A stretch of DNA of 64,000 bases from positions 22,214,871-22,278,870 of the forward strand of contig NC_092676.1 in the NCBI RefSeq assembly GCF_964355755.1. Direction: 5' to 3'. The notes beneath the pieces were generated by a model. It ran no database searches. It saw only the letters and a program-made list of their open reading frames with translations, and was not told the DNA's origin. Position numbers and translations under genes: made by a program. Below are positions 52,766-63,994 of the stretch, in pieces; position 1 is the first letter of the stretch; every line of letters starts with the position of its first letter. Source of the stretch: Antedon mediterranea (Eukaryota; Animalia; Echinodermata).

Positions 52766-55700
52766 ATGAAGAAATTAGTGAGCGTGAAGGGAATCTGTAA
52801 AATGCTCTTCTTTGCACTGGTTTTGTATACAGCTTATGTATGAAACTACTGTATTATTATTATTTTACTTATTTTTTAGACAAAATATGTTATCCAGATT
52901 TAGCGTAATTTATAACACAATGACATCAGGCCTATCAACTGTTAGGCATAATATCTAGATCTTCCAGATCTATAATACTGAGATCTGAGTTTTCTTTACA
53001 CCCCGTACTATAGGTTCTATTGTAGGCATTGAACTGTAATTTCAAAATGGATACCGTAGTATATATAATACTTATTATTATTTACATTTCAGATTATGGC
53101 ATTACGTTATGTTGTTCAACCTCCAGTAACGTTTGCAATGATTCCAAGTTGTAGGCCTAAAAGTTACGAACTGGTAGGCATATGAAAGTTTAGTTACCAT
53201 ATGACTCAGCGCAAGGAAGGATACAGCGCAATCACAAGCCATCACTTGTTGCGTAGCGTTTTAGTGGGAACCTAGCTTTAGCTCTTATCATTACGTTGCA
53301 ACGCGTTGGTCTGAAGATTTTGATATTTCTCGAAAATAGAAAAAAGATTTAATTTTTCATATTTTTTCAGGGACAATAGGCTTACATATTTTTTAAGCAA
53401 CATCTTGTTTTGGTAGGATATAGACAGATGCCCTTTTCACTCGAGCTCTGTGAATTCAGTTACGGTGAGCTATTATATGGGAGCTTCAAAGTGTTCAAAC
53501 TAAGCAGTGAAAATGGATCATCTGCTTTTTTTTTTTTTTTTATCTTAGGATATTTTATGGATTATTTTTATGTATAAAGCGCTTAGAAACATTGTATTAG
53601 GCGCGCTATCAATCAATCAATTTCTTTTATTTCAGAAATTTCATCCATATCAACAAACTTAGGCCTACAAACAGAAAAAGAAAATTGGCAAACTATAAGC
53701 TTAAATATACTTCTGTATCTACAATACATTTTTTAGTTATGGAGCAAATGTTTGCAAACACCAAGCAACAAGAATATTACAACTAAAAAGACTACCATTT
53801 CTATTACTATTAGTAGTACAGTATTACTATTATTAGTAATAATATTATTAGGCCTATTCTTGTTATTATTATTATTATTGTTGTTATTATTGTTTTAATA
53901 TAGGTTCTTGCAACAACAAATTACCGCGTTGAAAATGAAAAACAGATTACCAAGGTATGTTGCTATTTATTTTTCTAAACTAAACATGACCTCGCTCTTC
54001 AAATACAACTATGAATACATTTTATAATCCTTTTTTTTTATCAATAAACAAGAAATATAGTATTTTTGCGATATCTGCAGCAGACCTACTACTGTTGTGT
54101 TCTAATTTATGTGTAACACTGAATTTTTAGTTGATATATTTATTTTTTGTGACCCTTAACATTAGAGCCTAAATGCGTTCAATTAAGTGTGACATTTGTC
54201 TAAACCTAAAAATAAAAACAAAATACAGTTAACATTTTCTAAAATAATAGAATAATAAATGAGAAAATGGGTATTAATATTTATTTTGATTTCCAATAAT
54301 AAAATAAATATAATGTATAATCATCTTTATTTCAAGCAAATAGTATACAACATCAATAACAGATAATAATATAAATATCAAAAGGTAAAATAATAATTTT
54401 GTTGAAGATTGATTTAAATTAAGAAAGATTACAGTTTAAAATAACCAGCGAATTATTTTTTCAAGTTAATTTTATTCAAACAAAGCAACACAATGCGGTA
54501 TAGTGTTTTGTCGTTGTTTCTGGATTCTAATTTCTCCAGGAAAAATGAAATTTAAAATAATGTTAAAAAGAGGAAACAACGAAAAACACCAACATTAACA
54601 CGAGAAAGTTGTAGCAATCGCTTCTAATTATCGAATTACCCGGACAGGCTACTATTTTACAGAAAACCCATAGGCCTAAAGCTTTTGGAATTACAAATTC
54701 GTCAAACACAAGGTATTATGTTAAGCATTCTGGTCAATCTGTCAACGCCGGTAGCTACTTCAGTGTGATTATTGAAGCTAGAGCCATCAACAACAGTCAT
54801 TCCCGAAAAGGAGGAGATTTTTGGTATGCAACTATAAGAAATAAGGTTGTAAATGTAGCAGGCAAGATAACTGATTTTGATAACGGTACTTATGAGGCTA
54901 AGTTTTTTGCTGCACAGCCAGGTGAATATGATGTTGAAATTACATTGGTACATCCGTCTAAAACCACTGATTTTATTGAAAATGTACTTTGGCCGATGGA
55001 AGACAGAGTCGTATGGAATGGTAATTTCACATCGAACGACAATAAAACACACGAAATAAAAAGGTGTAAACTGAAAGTGCATGCTGACTACAATAATACA
55101 TGTGTTTATAGTTTTCCACTGGCGTTGGGAACAACCGAACTTGTATGTGATAAACCGAACGAGAAAATGTTTACGTGTGATTCATTGACGTCACTCAAGT
55201 CCAAGAATACCTACATTGAAAGACATTTTTCTTATTTATTTTCTGACAATTCTGCCCTCTTTCAAAAGTAAGTTCGTTCATTTGTTGATTTACCATAAAC
55301 AAAACCCCCATTGACAAATACAGTCATTAAGCCTACAAATGCAATAACATAATGCGAATACATAGAGATGAAAATGAGTAGCTTTATAACAAATCTATAG
55401 ATGATATCTGGATATGTGTATTATATTTTTTGAATAGTAGAATGACATGTTAGCACAAGACTACAATTGAAGTACTGTTTCTTCTCCATGAAAACAACAC
55501 ACAAAACAAAACCAATATCCGTAAATCTTTTAATGGTAACCCTGGGTTATTATTCTTTGCCTTTTTTATGTTGGGTTACTATTAGAAGAGGGGTTAGTAT
55601 TAGAGTAGTGGGTTACTATTACTAATCTTAAATGAGGCACCTGAAAATAGTAACCCACCCCCAACTGTTCCGGTCAGCAACTAATAGCGAAATAATAAAC

Positions 55701-57687
55701 AAGTTTGGTTAAACTCTAACTTCATTTTATAAACTAAAAAATACTCAATCCTCCCCCACTCCGAGATCAACATGCCTTATCTCCTTATTTTCAAAATACG
55801 GCTGTCATAAACGACCAGTCTTCATAATGGAAATATTTTGTGACTCTAACAGTAGCTCCCATGGGTTAGAGTGTGAGTTACTATTAGAAGATTTACGGTA
55901 ATTGCTATTTTATTTAAGTTTTACCATTAATTATAAAAAATAATACCTGCTTTTAATGTTTTGGCTTAGGCTATAATGTTTGTAATAAAGTGATTTTATG
56001 TAAACATTGTCTCTCTGTAGGTCTGTAACGTACGTTAGGATTTTGAATGGTCCTCTAAAAATAAACATCACAGGTAAATGTTGCACTTTTTTGTTTACTC
56101 AAATCACACTGGGCTATTATTGAGATGGCATGTCAACGTTTTAGACCGTTACATGTTATACAAATACCGAATGTTTATGATGAGTGCAATGGTACAAGTA
56201 ATTTCATTTGGTGAAAGATGAAAGGTTATATTTTCATGAGGCAAAGCTCAGTTCAGTTCAAAAAAATGTATTCATTCAATAATGGCATATTATTGTACAG
56301 CCGAGTAAAAATATATCAGGTAAGCCTAATCTTTTTCGTGTTCATTTTTCAGCCAATGACTTTTTTATTTAAAGATGTATTGTCCTCTGAAAAAATAGTT
56401 CTTAACATTTTTTTTGTCATTTTAATTTCACATAATAGTTATCCACTTTGACCAAAAATTGGATCATAAAAAAATTATTTACCTGCAAAACTGTAATTTA
56501 AAGCAAAAAAATAGTCAAATTGGCTGCCAGACAATGTCTTTTTGATTGAATTTAACCATTTATTATGTTATTTTATAAGTGAAAACATAATTTTTTCGTT
56601 TTTTTCTCTACGGAAGTGATTACCTTTATTAAAACTATATATCACATTTGAACTTTGTATTTTGTTATCAATATTCTAAGTGTAGGCCTATAGGCCTAAT
56701 ATAATTATGCAAAATAGGTGAAAACATGTATGTAAATAAAATCATGTGTAATACTATATTATTTGATTCGCGCCTATTTTCAGCCTGTTTTCCACTATGC
56801 AAATTTTAGCGTCAGCTTACACGCATGCGTATTCATATTTCCATCTCCCAAATCCCTCTCTACGCATGTGTATAAGCTGACGCTTTAGATTCGCTAGAAT
56901 AACTTTTTGTTTTCCAGAAACTTCTGAAAACACAGTGTATCACTTACCAGAATGCAAAGCAGATCTACCAGCTACAATTAGTGATGGTTTTTGGATGAAA
57001 AATTCTTGGACGTCTCTACGGTGTAAGTCAAAGCAGTGGTCAAGGGTGGAAATAAGAAAATGCGTAAAGGGAAAACAACTTTACTTCTTTGGAGACTCCA
57101 CAACAAGGCAATGGAATGGTGGCTTACTTGATCTTCTAGGTCTTCGCAAAAGCAACATGACAAAATATCCTAACGCTAAGAAAACATACCATTCAAGTGA
57201 TGTTGTTAATCTGACATTTCATTTCCATCCATTCACACTAGGAGTAACTAATAGTCCATATCGCATTGGTAGATGGGAATATGAGATCATGGACAACCTG
57301 GACACTAGGATTTGTAATTATATTATTATGATCAGTCCATGGGCCCATTATACACAGTGGGTAAAAGAACGGTATATAGAGAGACTTTACCTCTTGCGTC
57401 AAACAATTCTGAGATTACGAAAGCGTTGTCCTAATACAGTTTTTGTTATCAAAACGCCGAAACCCCGGAATCACGATACAGGAACTTCTCTCCTTTATGC
57501 CGGTGATAAGTTGATTTACGATATTCGAAGTTTCTTTCTTGATGTATTTAAAAATATTGGTATTCATATTATTGATGTATGGGATATGAATTTGGCGCAC
57601 CCATCTAAATCAACAATCCATATGCCGATAAGAATTATTTATCAAGAGTTATATCTATTTCTTTCCCATGTTTGCAAAGTAGAATAG
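52766..57687 (+). CDS. NXPE family member (NXPE3-like; Ig-like plus PC-esterase/SGNH domain), type II membrane or secreted
   Basis: Exons ~52766-52837, 53093-53173, 53903-53953, 54663-55267 (GGDFWYA, ITDFDNGTY, LVHPS), 56021-56073, 56918-57687 (FFGDSTTRQW, WAHY, IDVWDM, TIHMP). The small 5' exons are less certain. Confidence 0.88.
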
Positions 57688-57940
57688 TGTTTTAAAATTT
57701 TCTTTTATAATTCCAGGCAATTCTGCCTGCCTTTATTAGGAAACTACAACTATTTTACTGTAGTGAACTTTTTCTTCTTAAAAGATACAAATTACAATTT
57801 TGAAAGATTAACGTAAGAATATATACATTTGTTAGTAACTTGTGTGAGCGATTGCGCCAATAATAAGGGCTCATGAAGGTTCCCTTTCAGTCCCATAAGG
57901 CGGACATACAAGGTGATACTCGTCTCACAGATTTCCTTAA

Positions 57941-58485
57941 AGATGTATTGTCCCTTGAAACACAAAAAAATGACGGTCAAAATATTCTAAATTTAAATTG
58001 GCCATATCAAAGTAATATTAAAGTTATTCACTTTAAGTCGAAAATTCGAGGCAAAAACAACAAGTTTACGTAATTAACAGTTAAATTAATTTGATTACAT
58101 TTCATCTGGAAAATCTCACGAGCGAAAGTAAACAAAGATTTCAAACCACGAGTATGCATTATGCATGATGCTAATTAGGATTGTTTACAACTCGTCGCGG
58201 TTGAGAAGGTGTTTTCACACAGATCGCGAGGAAGTTTATGATTATACATACAGAGTAGTCAAACAAGCGCGTTGCATTATGAATATGTTTTGATCGAAAA
58301 CTTTGACTGGAAGTCAAAGTTATTTTTTGAACCAAAAAACGTCCGTATTTCGGTTGAATTATTTTTTTTTTCAACTAATGTTTGGTGAAAGTTAATAACT
58401 ATCATGATACTTCAAAATAACCACTTTGTTTTGAAATATTAAAAAAAAATTTTTTTTGGGAATTACTCAAAGGGACAATACATCT
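57941..58485. mobile_element. Kolobok/T2-like MITE with TTAA TSD
   Basis: TIRs AGATGTATTGTCCCT / AGGGACAATACATCT flanked by TTAA. Partial relatives at ~56373 and ~21526-21544. Confidence 0.78.
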
Positions 58486-59384
58486 TTAACTTATCGTTCT
58501 AATTAATTAATTAATTAAATTACAGTATATCACCGGGCGGTTTAGAATGTATGTTCTATGTCTAATGTGTCTATATTATTAATTAATTAATGTTCTTTGC
58601 CTGTTGTGTTTATATATATGTTTATAGATATATGTATATTTGTATATATATTTGTATTTTGTTTTTATTTTATTTTCGTTTTGTGCTATTTGCTATTTGT
58701 TTTCTATGAAAATACTGTAATGTACGGTGAGAGTAAATAAAGAATTGAATTTTTGGCGGTCGCGCATGCGTCATAGACTTTAACATGACATTTAATTGTG
58801 TTATGAATACTTAATAGAATATTTACTATTCAGATATGGAAGCATTGACTGCGTGAGTCACTTTGTGACCGGGAATTGGGAATGACATCTCCATACATCG
58901 TTCTTCAAACAGTGTCATAAGGTAATTAAATAGTAAAAAATATTTAATTAAACATTTTCTCTTGGAGATTAATTCAAAAAGCATTAATCACATGCAGTTT
59001 GGCGAATGAGATTCTTTAGTTGAATTGTTAATTTTTATCACGACTCGATGAAATAACAACGAACGGCCTTAGAAAACAGTTTCACCTGTTTTTTAATGTA
59101 GTAGGCCTACTTAAAAGTTCATGAATTTTAAACCACGGCATATGTGCAATAATTTTGTATGCGCGACATCTCATTAACCAATTCTTTATTGACTCCCACC
59201 GTACGTTACAGTGTTGTCATAGAAAACAAATAACAAATAATTCGTTGTCAGACCTTATCCATTGGGCCTCAGGACCACTCAATACATACTTCTTGCTGGT
59301 GCCCGAATCTTAATCCACTAGCGTTGAACATGAGGAGTGCAATGTTAAATGGTTCTCGAAAAAATATTGTAAACAAAAAAAGCA

Positions 59385-59457
59385 CGATCCTGCTAGGACT
59401 CGAACCTGGAATCCCCTGATTCGTAGTCAGATGCCTTATCCATTGGGCCACAGGACC
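59385..59457 (-). tRNA. tRNA-Arg(ACG), one T-stem mismatch
   Basis: Cloverleaf, ACG anticodon, downstream T-run. Confidence 0.8.
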
Positions 59458-59567
59458 ACCCAATACATACTTTTTGCTGGTGAACGAATCTTAACCCACT
59501 AGCGTTGAACGTGGAAAGTGCAATGTTAAATGGTTCTCGCGGAAAAAAATGTAAAGGAAATGGCATC

Positions 59568-59640
59568 CGATCCTGCCAGGACTCGAACCTGGAATCCCCT
59601 GATTCGTAGTCAGATGCCTTATCCATTGGGCCACAGGACC
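59568..59640 (-). tRNA. tRNA-Arg(ACG), consensus copy
   Basis: GGTCCTGTGGCCCAATGGATAAGGCATCTGACTACGAATCAGGGGATTCCAGGTTCGAGTCCTGGCAGGATCG. Confidence 0.92.
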
Positions 59641-59751
59641 ACCCAATACATATTTGTTGCTGGTTAACGAATCTTAACCCATTGGCGTTGAACGTGAGGA
59701 GTGTAATGTTAATTGGTTCTCGCGGTAATATTGTAAACCAAATAAAAAACA

Positions 59752-59825
59752 CAATCCTGCCAGGACTCGAACCTAGAATCCCCTGCTTCGTAGTCATATG
59801 CTTTATCCAATTGGTCTATAGGACC
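59752..59825 (-). pseudogene. Degenerate tRNA-Arg(ACG)
   Basis: Multiple stem substitutions and a 1-nt insertion. Confidence 0.7.
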
Positions 59826-59929
59826 ACCCAATACATACGTATTGCTGGTAAACGAATCTTAACCCGTTGAACGTAAGGAGTACAATCTTAAATGGTTCTA
59901 GCGGAAATAATTGTTAACAAAAAAAAGCA

Positions 59930-60001
59930 CGATCCTGCTAGGAATCGAACCTGGTATCCCTGACTCGTAGTAAGATGCCTTATCCATTGGGCCACAGGAC
60001 C
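59930..60001 (-). pseudogene. Degenerate tRNA-Arg(ACG)
   Basis: Anticodon-stem and T-arm changes, 1-nt deletion. Confidence 0.65.
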
Positions 60002-60110
60002 ATCCAATACGTACTTCTTGCTGGTGAACGAATCTTAACCCACTAGCGTTGAACGTAAGGAGTTCAATGTTAAATGGTTCTCGCAAAGATATTGTAAAGA
60101 AAAAAAAGCA

Positions 60111-60183
60111 CGATCCTGCCAGGACTCGAACCTGGAATTCCCTGATTCGTAGTCAGATGCCTTATCCATTGGTCCACAGGACC
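60111..60183 (-). tRNA. tRNA-Arg(ACG) variant
   Basis: Two substitutions from the array consensus. Confidence 0.75.
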
Positions 60184-60294
60184 ACCTAATACATACTTCT
60201 TGATGGTGAACGTATCTTAACCCACTAGGGTTGAACATGAGGAGTGCAATGTTAATTGGTTCTCGTGGTAATATTGTAAACCAAAAAAAAAGCA

Positions 60295-60368
60295 CAATCC
60301 TGCCAGGACTCGAAACTGGAATCCCTCCTAATCGTAATCAGATGCTTTATCCATTGGGCTATAGGACC
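60295..60368 (-). pseudogene. Degenerate tRNA-Arg(ACG)
   Basis: T-stem and anticodon-arm disruptions. Adjacent to the MITE insertion. Confidence 0.7.
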
Positions 60369-60398
60369 ACCCAATACATTGCTGGTAAATTAATCTAA

Positions 60399-60577
60399 AG
60401 CTTGGTTCCCACTAGAACGTAACGCAAGGACGTAAACGCAACGCAAGCGTTTTAACCAATGACAAGCGAAGTTATAGACAGTTACCAATCACAAGCGAAT
60501 AAGCCATCGCTTGTGATTGGTCAATTTACTTGCGTTGCGTTACGTCCTTGTGTTACGTCGCTAGTGGGAACCACGCT
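60399..60577. mobile_element. MITE inserted in a tRNA-array spacer (same family as 13051-13235)
   Basis: AGCTTGGTTCCCACTAG...CTAGTGGGAACCACGCT, the reverse complement of the 13 kb copy. Confidence 0.88.
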
Positions 60578-60652
60578 TTAACCTGTTGGCGTTGAACGTA
60601 AGGAGTACAATGTTAAAGGGTTCTCGCAAAAATATTGTAAACAAAAGAAGCA

Positions 60653-60725
60653 CGATCCTGCCAGGACTCGAACCTGGAATCCACTGATTCGTAGTCAGAT
60701 GCTTTATCCATCGGGCCACAGGACC
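60653..60725 (-). tRNA. tRNA-Arg(ACG) variant
   Basis: Three substitutions from the array consensus. Confidence 0.7.
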
Positions 60726-60833
60726 ACTCAATACATACTTCTTGCTGATGCCCGAATCTTAACCCAGTAGCGTTGAACGTAAGGAGTACAATTTTAAATT
60801 GTTCTCGCAAAAATATTGTAGACAAAAAAAGAA

Positions 60834-60906
60834 CGATCCTGCCAGGACTCGAACCTGGAATCCTCTGATTCGTAGTCAGATGCCTTATCCATTGGGCCAC
60901 AGGACC
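60834..60906 (-). tRNA. tRNA-Arg(ACG)
   Basis: One change (G43A) that gives a Watson-Crick 27-43 pair. Confidence 0.9.
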
Positions 60907-61017
60907 ACCCAATGCATACTTCTGGTGGCTGGTGCCCGAATCTTAACCCATTAGCGTTGAACGTGAGGTGTACAAGGTTAAAGGGTTCTCGCAAAAATAT
61001 TGGAAACAAAAAAAGCA

Positions 61018-61090
61018 CGATCCTGCCAGGGCTCGAACCTAGAATCCCCTGATTCGTAGTCAGATGCCTTATCCATTGGGTAACAGGACC
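61018..61090 (-). tRNA. tRNA-Arg(ACG) variant, damaged A box/D stem
   Basis: TGG to TTA at positions 8-10. Identical to the next copy. Confidence 0.6.
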
Positions 61091-61197
61091 ACCCAATACA
61101 TACTTCTTGCTGGTGCCCGAATCTTAACCCAGTAGCGTTGAACTTAAGGAGTACAATGTTAAAGGGTTCTCGCAAAAATATTGTAAACAAAAAAGCA

Positions 61198-61270
61198 CGA
61201 TCCTGCCAGGGCTCGAACCTAGAATCCCCTGATTCGTAGTCAGATGCCTTATCCATTGGGTAACAGGACC
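61198..61270 (-). tRNA. tRNA-Arg(ACG) variant, damaged A box/D stem
   Basis: Duplicate of 61018-61090. Confidence 0.6.
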
Positions 61271-61377
61271 ACCCAATACATACTTCTTGCTGGTGCCCGA
61301 ATCTTAAGCCACTAGCGTTGAACTTAAGGAGTACAATGTTAAAGGGTTCTCGCAAAAATATTGTAAACAAAAAAGCA

Positions 61378-61450
61378 CGATCCTGCCAGGGCTCGAACCT
61401 GGAATCCCCTAATTCGTAGTTAGATGCATTATCCATTGGACCACAGGACC
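61378..61450 (-). tRNA. tRNA-Arg(ACG) variant
   Basis: Compensatory A30-U40 pair, with D-stem changes. Confidence 0.65.
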
Positions 61451-61558
61451 ACCCAATACATACATCTTGCTGGTGAACGAATCTTAACCCATTGGCATTG
61501 AACGTGAGGAGTACAATGTTAAAGGGTTCTCGTTAAAATAGTGTAAACAAAAAAAGCA

Positions 61559-61631
61559 CGATCCTGCCAGGACTCGAACCTGGAATCCCCTGATTCGTAG
61601 TCAGATGCCTTATCCATTGGGCCACAGGACC
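61559..61631 (-). tRNA. tRNA-Arg(ACG), consensus copy
   Basis: Identical to consensus, with oligo-T terminator. Confidence 0.93.
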
Positions 61632-61738
61632 ACCCAATACATACTGCTTGCTGGTGCCCGAATCTTAACCCACTAGCGTTGAACGTAAGGAGTACAATGT
61701 TAAATGGTTCTCGCAAAAATATTGTAAACAAAAAAGCA

Positions 61739-61811
61739 CGATCCTGCCAGGACTCGAACCTGGAATCCTCTAATTCGTAATCAGATGCTTTATTCATTGG
61801 GCCATAGGACC
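61739..61811 (-). tRNA. tRNA-Arg(ACG) variant, possibly pseudogene
   Basis: Several D-arm and anticodon-arm substitutions. Confidence 0.55.
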
Positions 61812-61919
61812 ACTCAATACATACTTCTTGCTGATGCCCGAATCTTAACCCAGTAGCGTTGAACGTAAGGAGTACAATTTTAAATTGTTCTCGCAAAAAT
61901 ATTGTAGACAAAAAAAGAA

Positions 61920-61992
61920 CGATCCTGCCAGGACTCGAACCTGGAATCCCCTGATTCGTAGTCAGATGCCTTATCCATTGGGCCACAGGACC
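61920..61992 (-). tRNA. tRNA-Arg(ACG), consensus copy
   Basis: Identical to consensus, with oligo-T terminator. Confidence 0.93.
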
Positions 61993-62099
61993 ACTCAATA
62001 CATACTTCTTGCTGATGCCCGAATCTTAACCCAGTAGCGTTGAACGTAAGGAGTACAATGTTAAATGGTTCTCGCAAAAATGTTGTAAACAAAAAAGCA

Positions 62100-62171
62100 C
62101 GATCCTGCCAGGCTCGAACCTGGAATCCCCTGATTCGTAGTCAGATGCTTTATCCTTTGGGCCACAGGACC
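62100..62171 (-). pseudogene. Degenerate tRNA-Arg(ACG)
   Basis: 1-nt T-loop deletion and D-arm changes. Confidence 0.6.
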
Positions 62172-62280
62172 ACCCAATACATACTTCTTGCTGGTGAACG
62201 AATCTTAACCCATTGGCATTGAACGTGAGGAGTGTAATGTTAAATGGTTCTCGCGGAAATATTGTAAAGAAAAAAAGACA

Positions 62281-62353
62281 CGATCCTACCAGGACTCGAA
62301 CCAGGAATCCCTTGATTCGTAGTCAGATGCCTTATCCATTGGGCCACAGGACC
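62281..62353 (-). tRNA. tRNA-Arg(ACG) variant
   Basis: Three stem substitutions. Confidence 0.65.
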
Positions 62354-62463
62354 ACTCAATACATACCTATTGCTGGTGAACGAATCTTAACCCACTAGCG
62401 TTGAACGTGGGGAGTGCAATGTTAAATGGTTCTCGCGGAAATATTGTAAACAAAAAAAAAGAA

Positions 62464-62539
62464 CGATCCTGCCAGGACTGGAACCTGGAGTCATCCACTG
62501 ATTCGTAGTCAGATGCCTTTTTTATTGGGACACAGGACC
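62464..62539 (-). pseudogene. Degenerate tRNA-Arg(ACG)
   Basis: B box mutated, insertion in the variable loop, D loop GG lost. Confidence 0.75.
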
Positions 62540-62652
62540 ACCCAATACATACGTCTTGCAGCTGGTGAACGAATCTTAACCCATTGGCGTTGAACGTGAG
62601 GAGTGTAGTCTTAATTGGTTCTCGCGGTAATATTGTAAACCAAAAATAAGCA

Positions 62653-62724
62653 CGATCCTGCCAGGACTCGAACCTGTTATCCCCTGATCGTAATCAGATG
62701 CTTTATTCATTGGGCCATAAGACC
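62653..62724 (-). pseudogene. Degenerate tRNA-Arg(ACG)
   Basis: Anticodon-loop deletion, with acceptor and T-stem mismatches. Confidence 0.72.
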
Positions 62725-62835
62725 ACCACTCAATACATACTTCTTGCTGGTGTCCGAATCTTAACCCACTAGCGTTGAACGTAAGGAGTACAATGTTAAA
62801 TTGTTCTCGCAAAAATATTATAAACAAAAAAAGCA

Positions 62836-62907
62836 CGATCCTGCCAGGACTCGAACCTGTTATCCCCTGATCGTAATCAGATGCTTTATTCATTGGGCCA
62901 TAAGACC
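62836..62907 (-). pseudogene. Degenerate tRNA-Arg(ACG), duplicate of the previous copy
   Basis: Same lesions as 62653-62724. Confidence 0.72.
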
Positions 62908-63018
62908 ACCACTCAATACATACTTCTTGCTGGTGTCCGAATCTTAACCCACTAGCGTTGAACGTAAGGAGTACAATGTTAAATTGTTCTCGCAAAAATA
63001 TTATAAACAAAAAAAGCA

Positions 63019-63091
63019 CGATCCTGCCAGGACTCGAACCTGGAATCTCCTGATTCGTAGTCAGATGCCTTATCCATTGGGCCACAGGACC
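63019..63091 (-). tRNA. tRNA-Arg(ACG)
   Basis: Single variable-loop change. Confidence 0.9.
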
Positions 63092-63199
63092 ACCCAATAC
63101 ATACCTCTTGCTGGTGCCCGAATCTTAACCCACTAGCGTTGAACGTAAGGAGTACAATTTTAAATGGTTCTACCGAAAATATTGTAAACAAAAAAAGCA

Positions 63200-63272
63200 C
63201 GATCCTCCCAGGACTCGAACCTGGAATCCCCTGATTCGTAGTCAGATGCCTTATCCATTGGGCCACAGGACC
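63200..63272 (-). tRNA. tRNA-Arg(ACG) variant
   Basis: One acceptor-stem mismatch. Confidence 0.8.
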
Positions 63273-63380
63273 ACCTAAACCATACTACTTGATGGTGAAC
63301 GTATCTTAACCCACTAGCGTTGAACGTAAGGAGTACAATGTTAAATTGTTCTCGCAAAAATATTGTAAACAAAAAAAGCA

Positions 63381-63453
63381 CGATCCTGCCAGGACTCGAA
63401 CCTGGAATCCCCTGATTCGTAGTCAGATGCCTTATCCATTGGGCCACAGGACC
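63381..63453 (-). tRNA. tRNA-Arg(ACG), consensus copy
   Basis: Identical to consensus, with oligo-T terminator. Confidence 0.93.
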
Positions 63454-63560
63454 ACCCAATACATACTTCTTGCTGGAGCCCGAATCTTAAGCCACTAGCG
63501 TTGAACGTAAGGAGTACAATGTTAAAGGGTTCTCGCAAAAATATTGTAAACCAAAAAGCA

Positions 63561-63633
63561 CGATCCTGCCAGAACTCGAACCTGGAATTCCCTAATTCGT
63601 AGTCAGATGCCTTATCCATTGGACCACAGGACC
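63561..63633 (-). tRNA. tRNA-Arg(ACG) variant
   Basis: Four substitutions, mostly producing G-U pairs. Confidence 0.65.
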
Positions 63634-63741
63634 ACCCAATACATACTTCTTGCTGGTGAACGAATCTTAACCCATTGGCATTGAACGTGAGGAGTACAAT
63701 GTTAAAGGGTTCTCGCAAAAATATTGTAAACAAAAAAAGCA

Positions 63742-63814
63742 CGATCCTGCCAGGACTCGAACCTGGAATCCCCTGATTCGTAGTCAGATGCCTTATCCAT
63801 TGGGCCACAGGACC
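63742..63814 (-). tRNA. tRNA-Arg(ACG), consensus copy
   Basis: Identical to consensus, with oligo-T terminator. Confidence 0.93.
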
Positions 63815-63921
63815 ACCCAATACATACTCCTTGCTGGTGCCCGAATCTTAACCCACTAGCGTTGAACGTAAGGAGTACAATGTTAAATGGTTCTCGCAAA
63901 AATATTGTAAACAAAAAAGCA

Positions 63922-63994
63922 CGATCCTGCCAGGACTCGAACTTGGAATCCCCTAATTCGTAAACAGATGCTTTATTCATTGGGCCATAGGACC
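63922..63994 (-). pseudogene. Degenerate tRNA-Arg(ACG)
   Basis: Anticodon-stem, D-loop and T-stem changes. Confidence 0.6.

Noticed and set aside
56808-56884. Hairpin that could be a pre-miRNA
   Set aside because: It is adjacent to a Harbinger-like TIR fragment (AGCCTGTTTTCCACTA) and has a long loop. A MITE remnant is more parsimonious without small-RNA data.
59269-63980. Many repetitive ORFs (WSCGPMDKASDYESGDSRFESWQDR etc.)
   Set aside because: These are translations of the tRNA repeat unit and shift frame with indels. They are not a protein gene or a CRISPR array.
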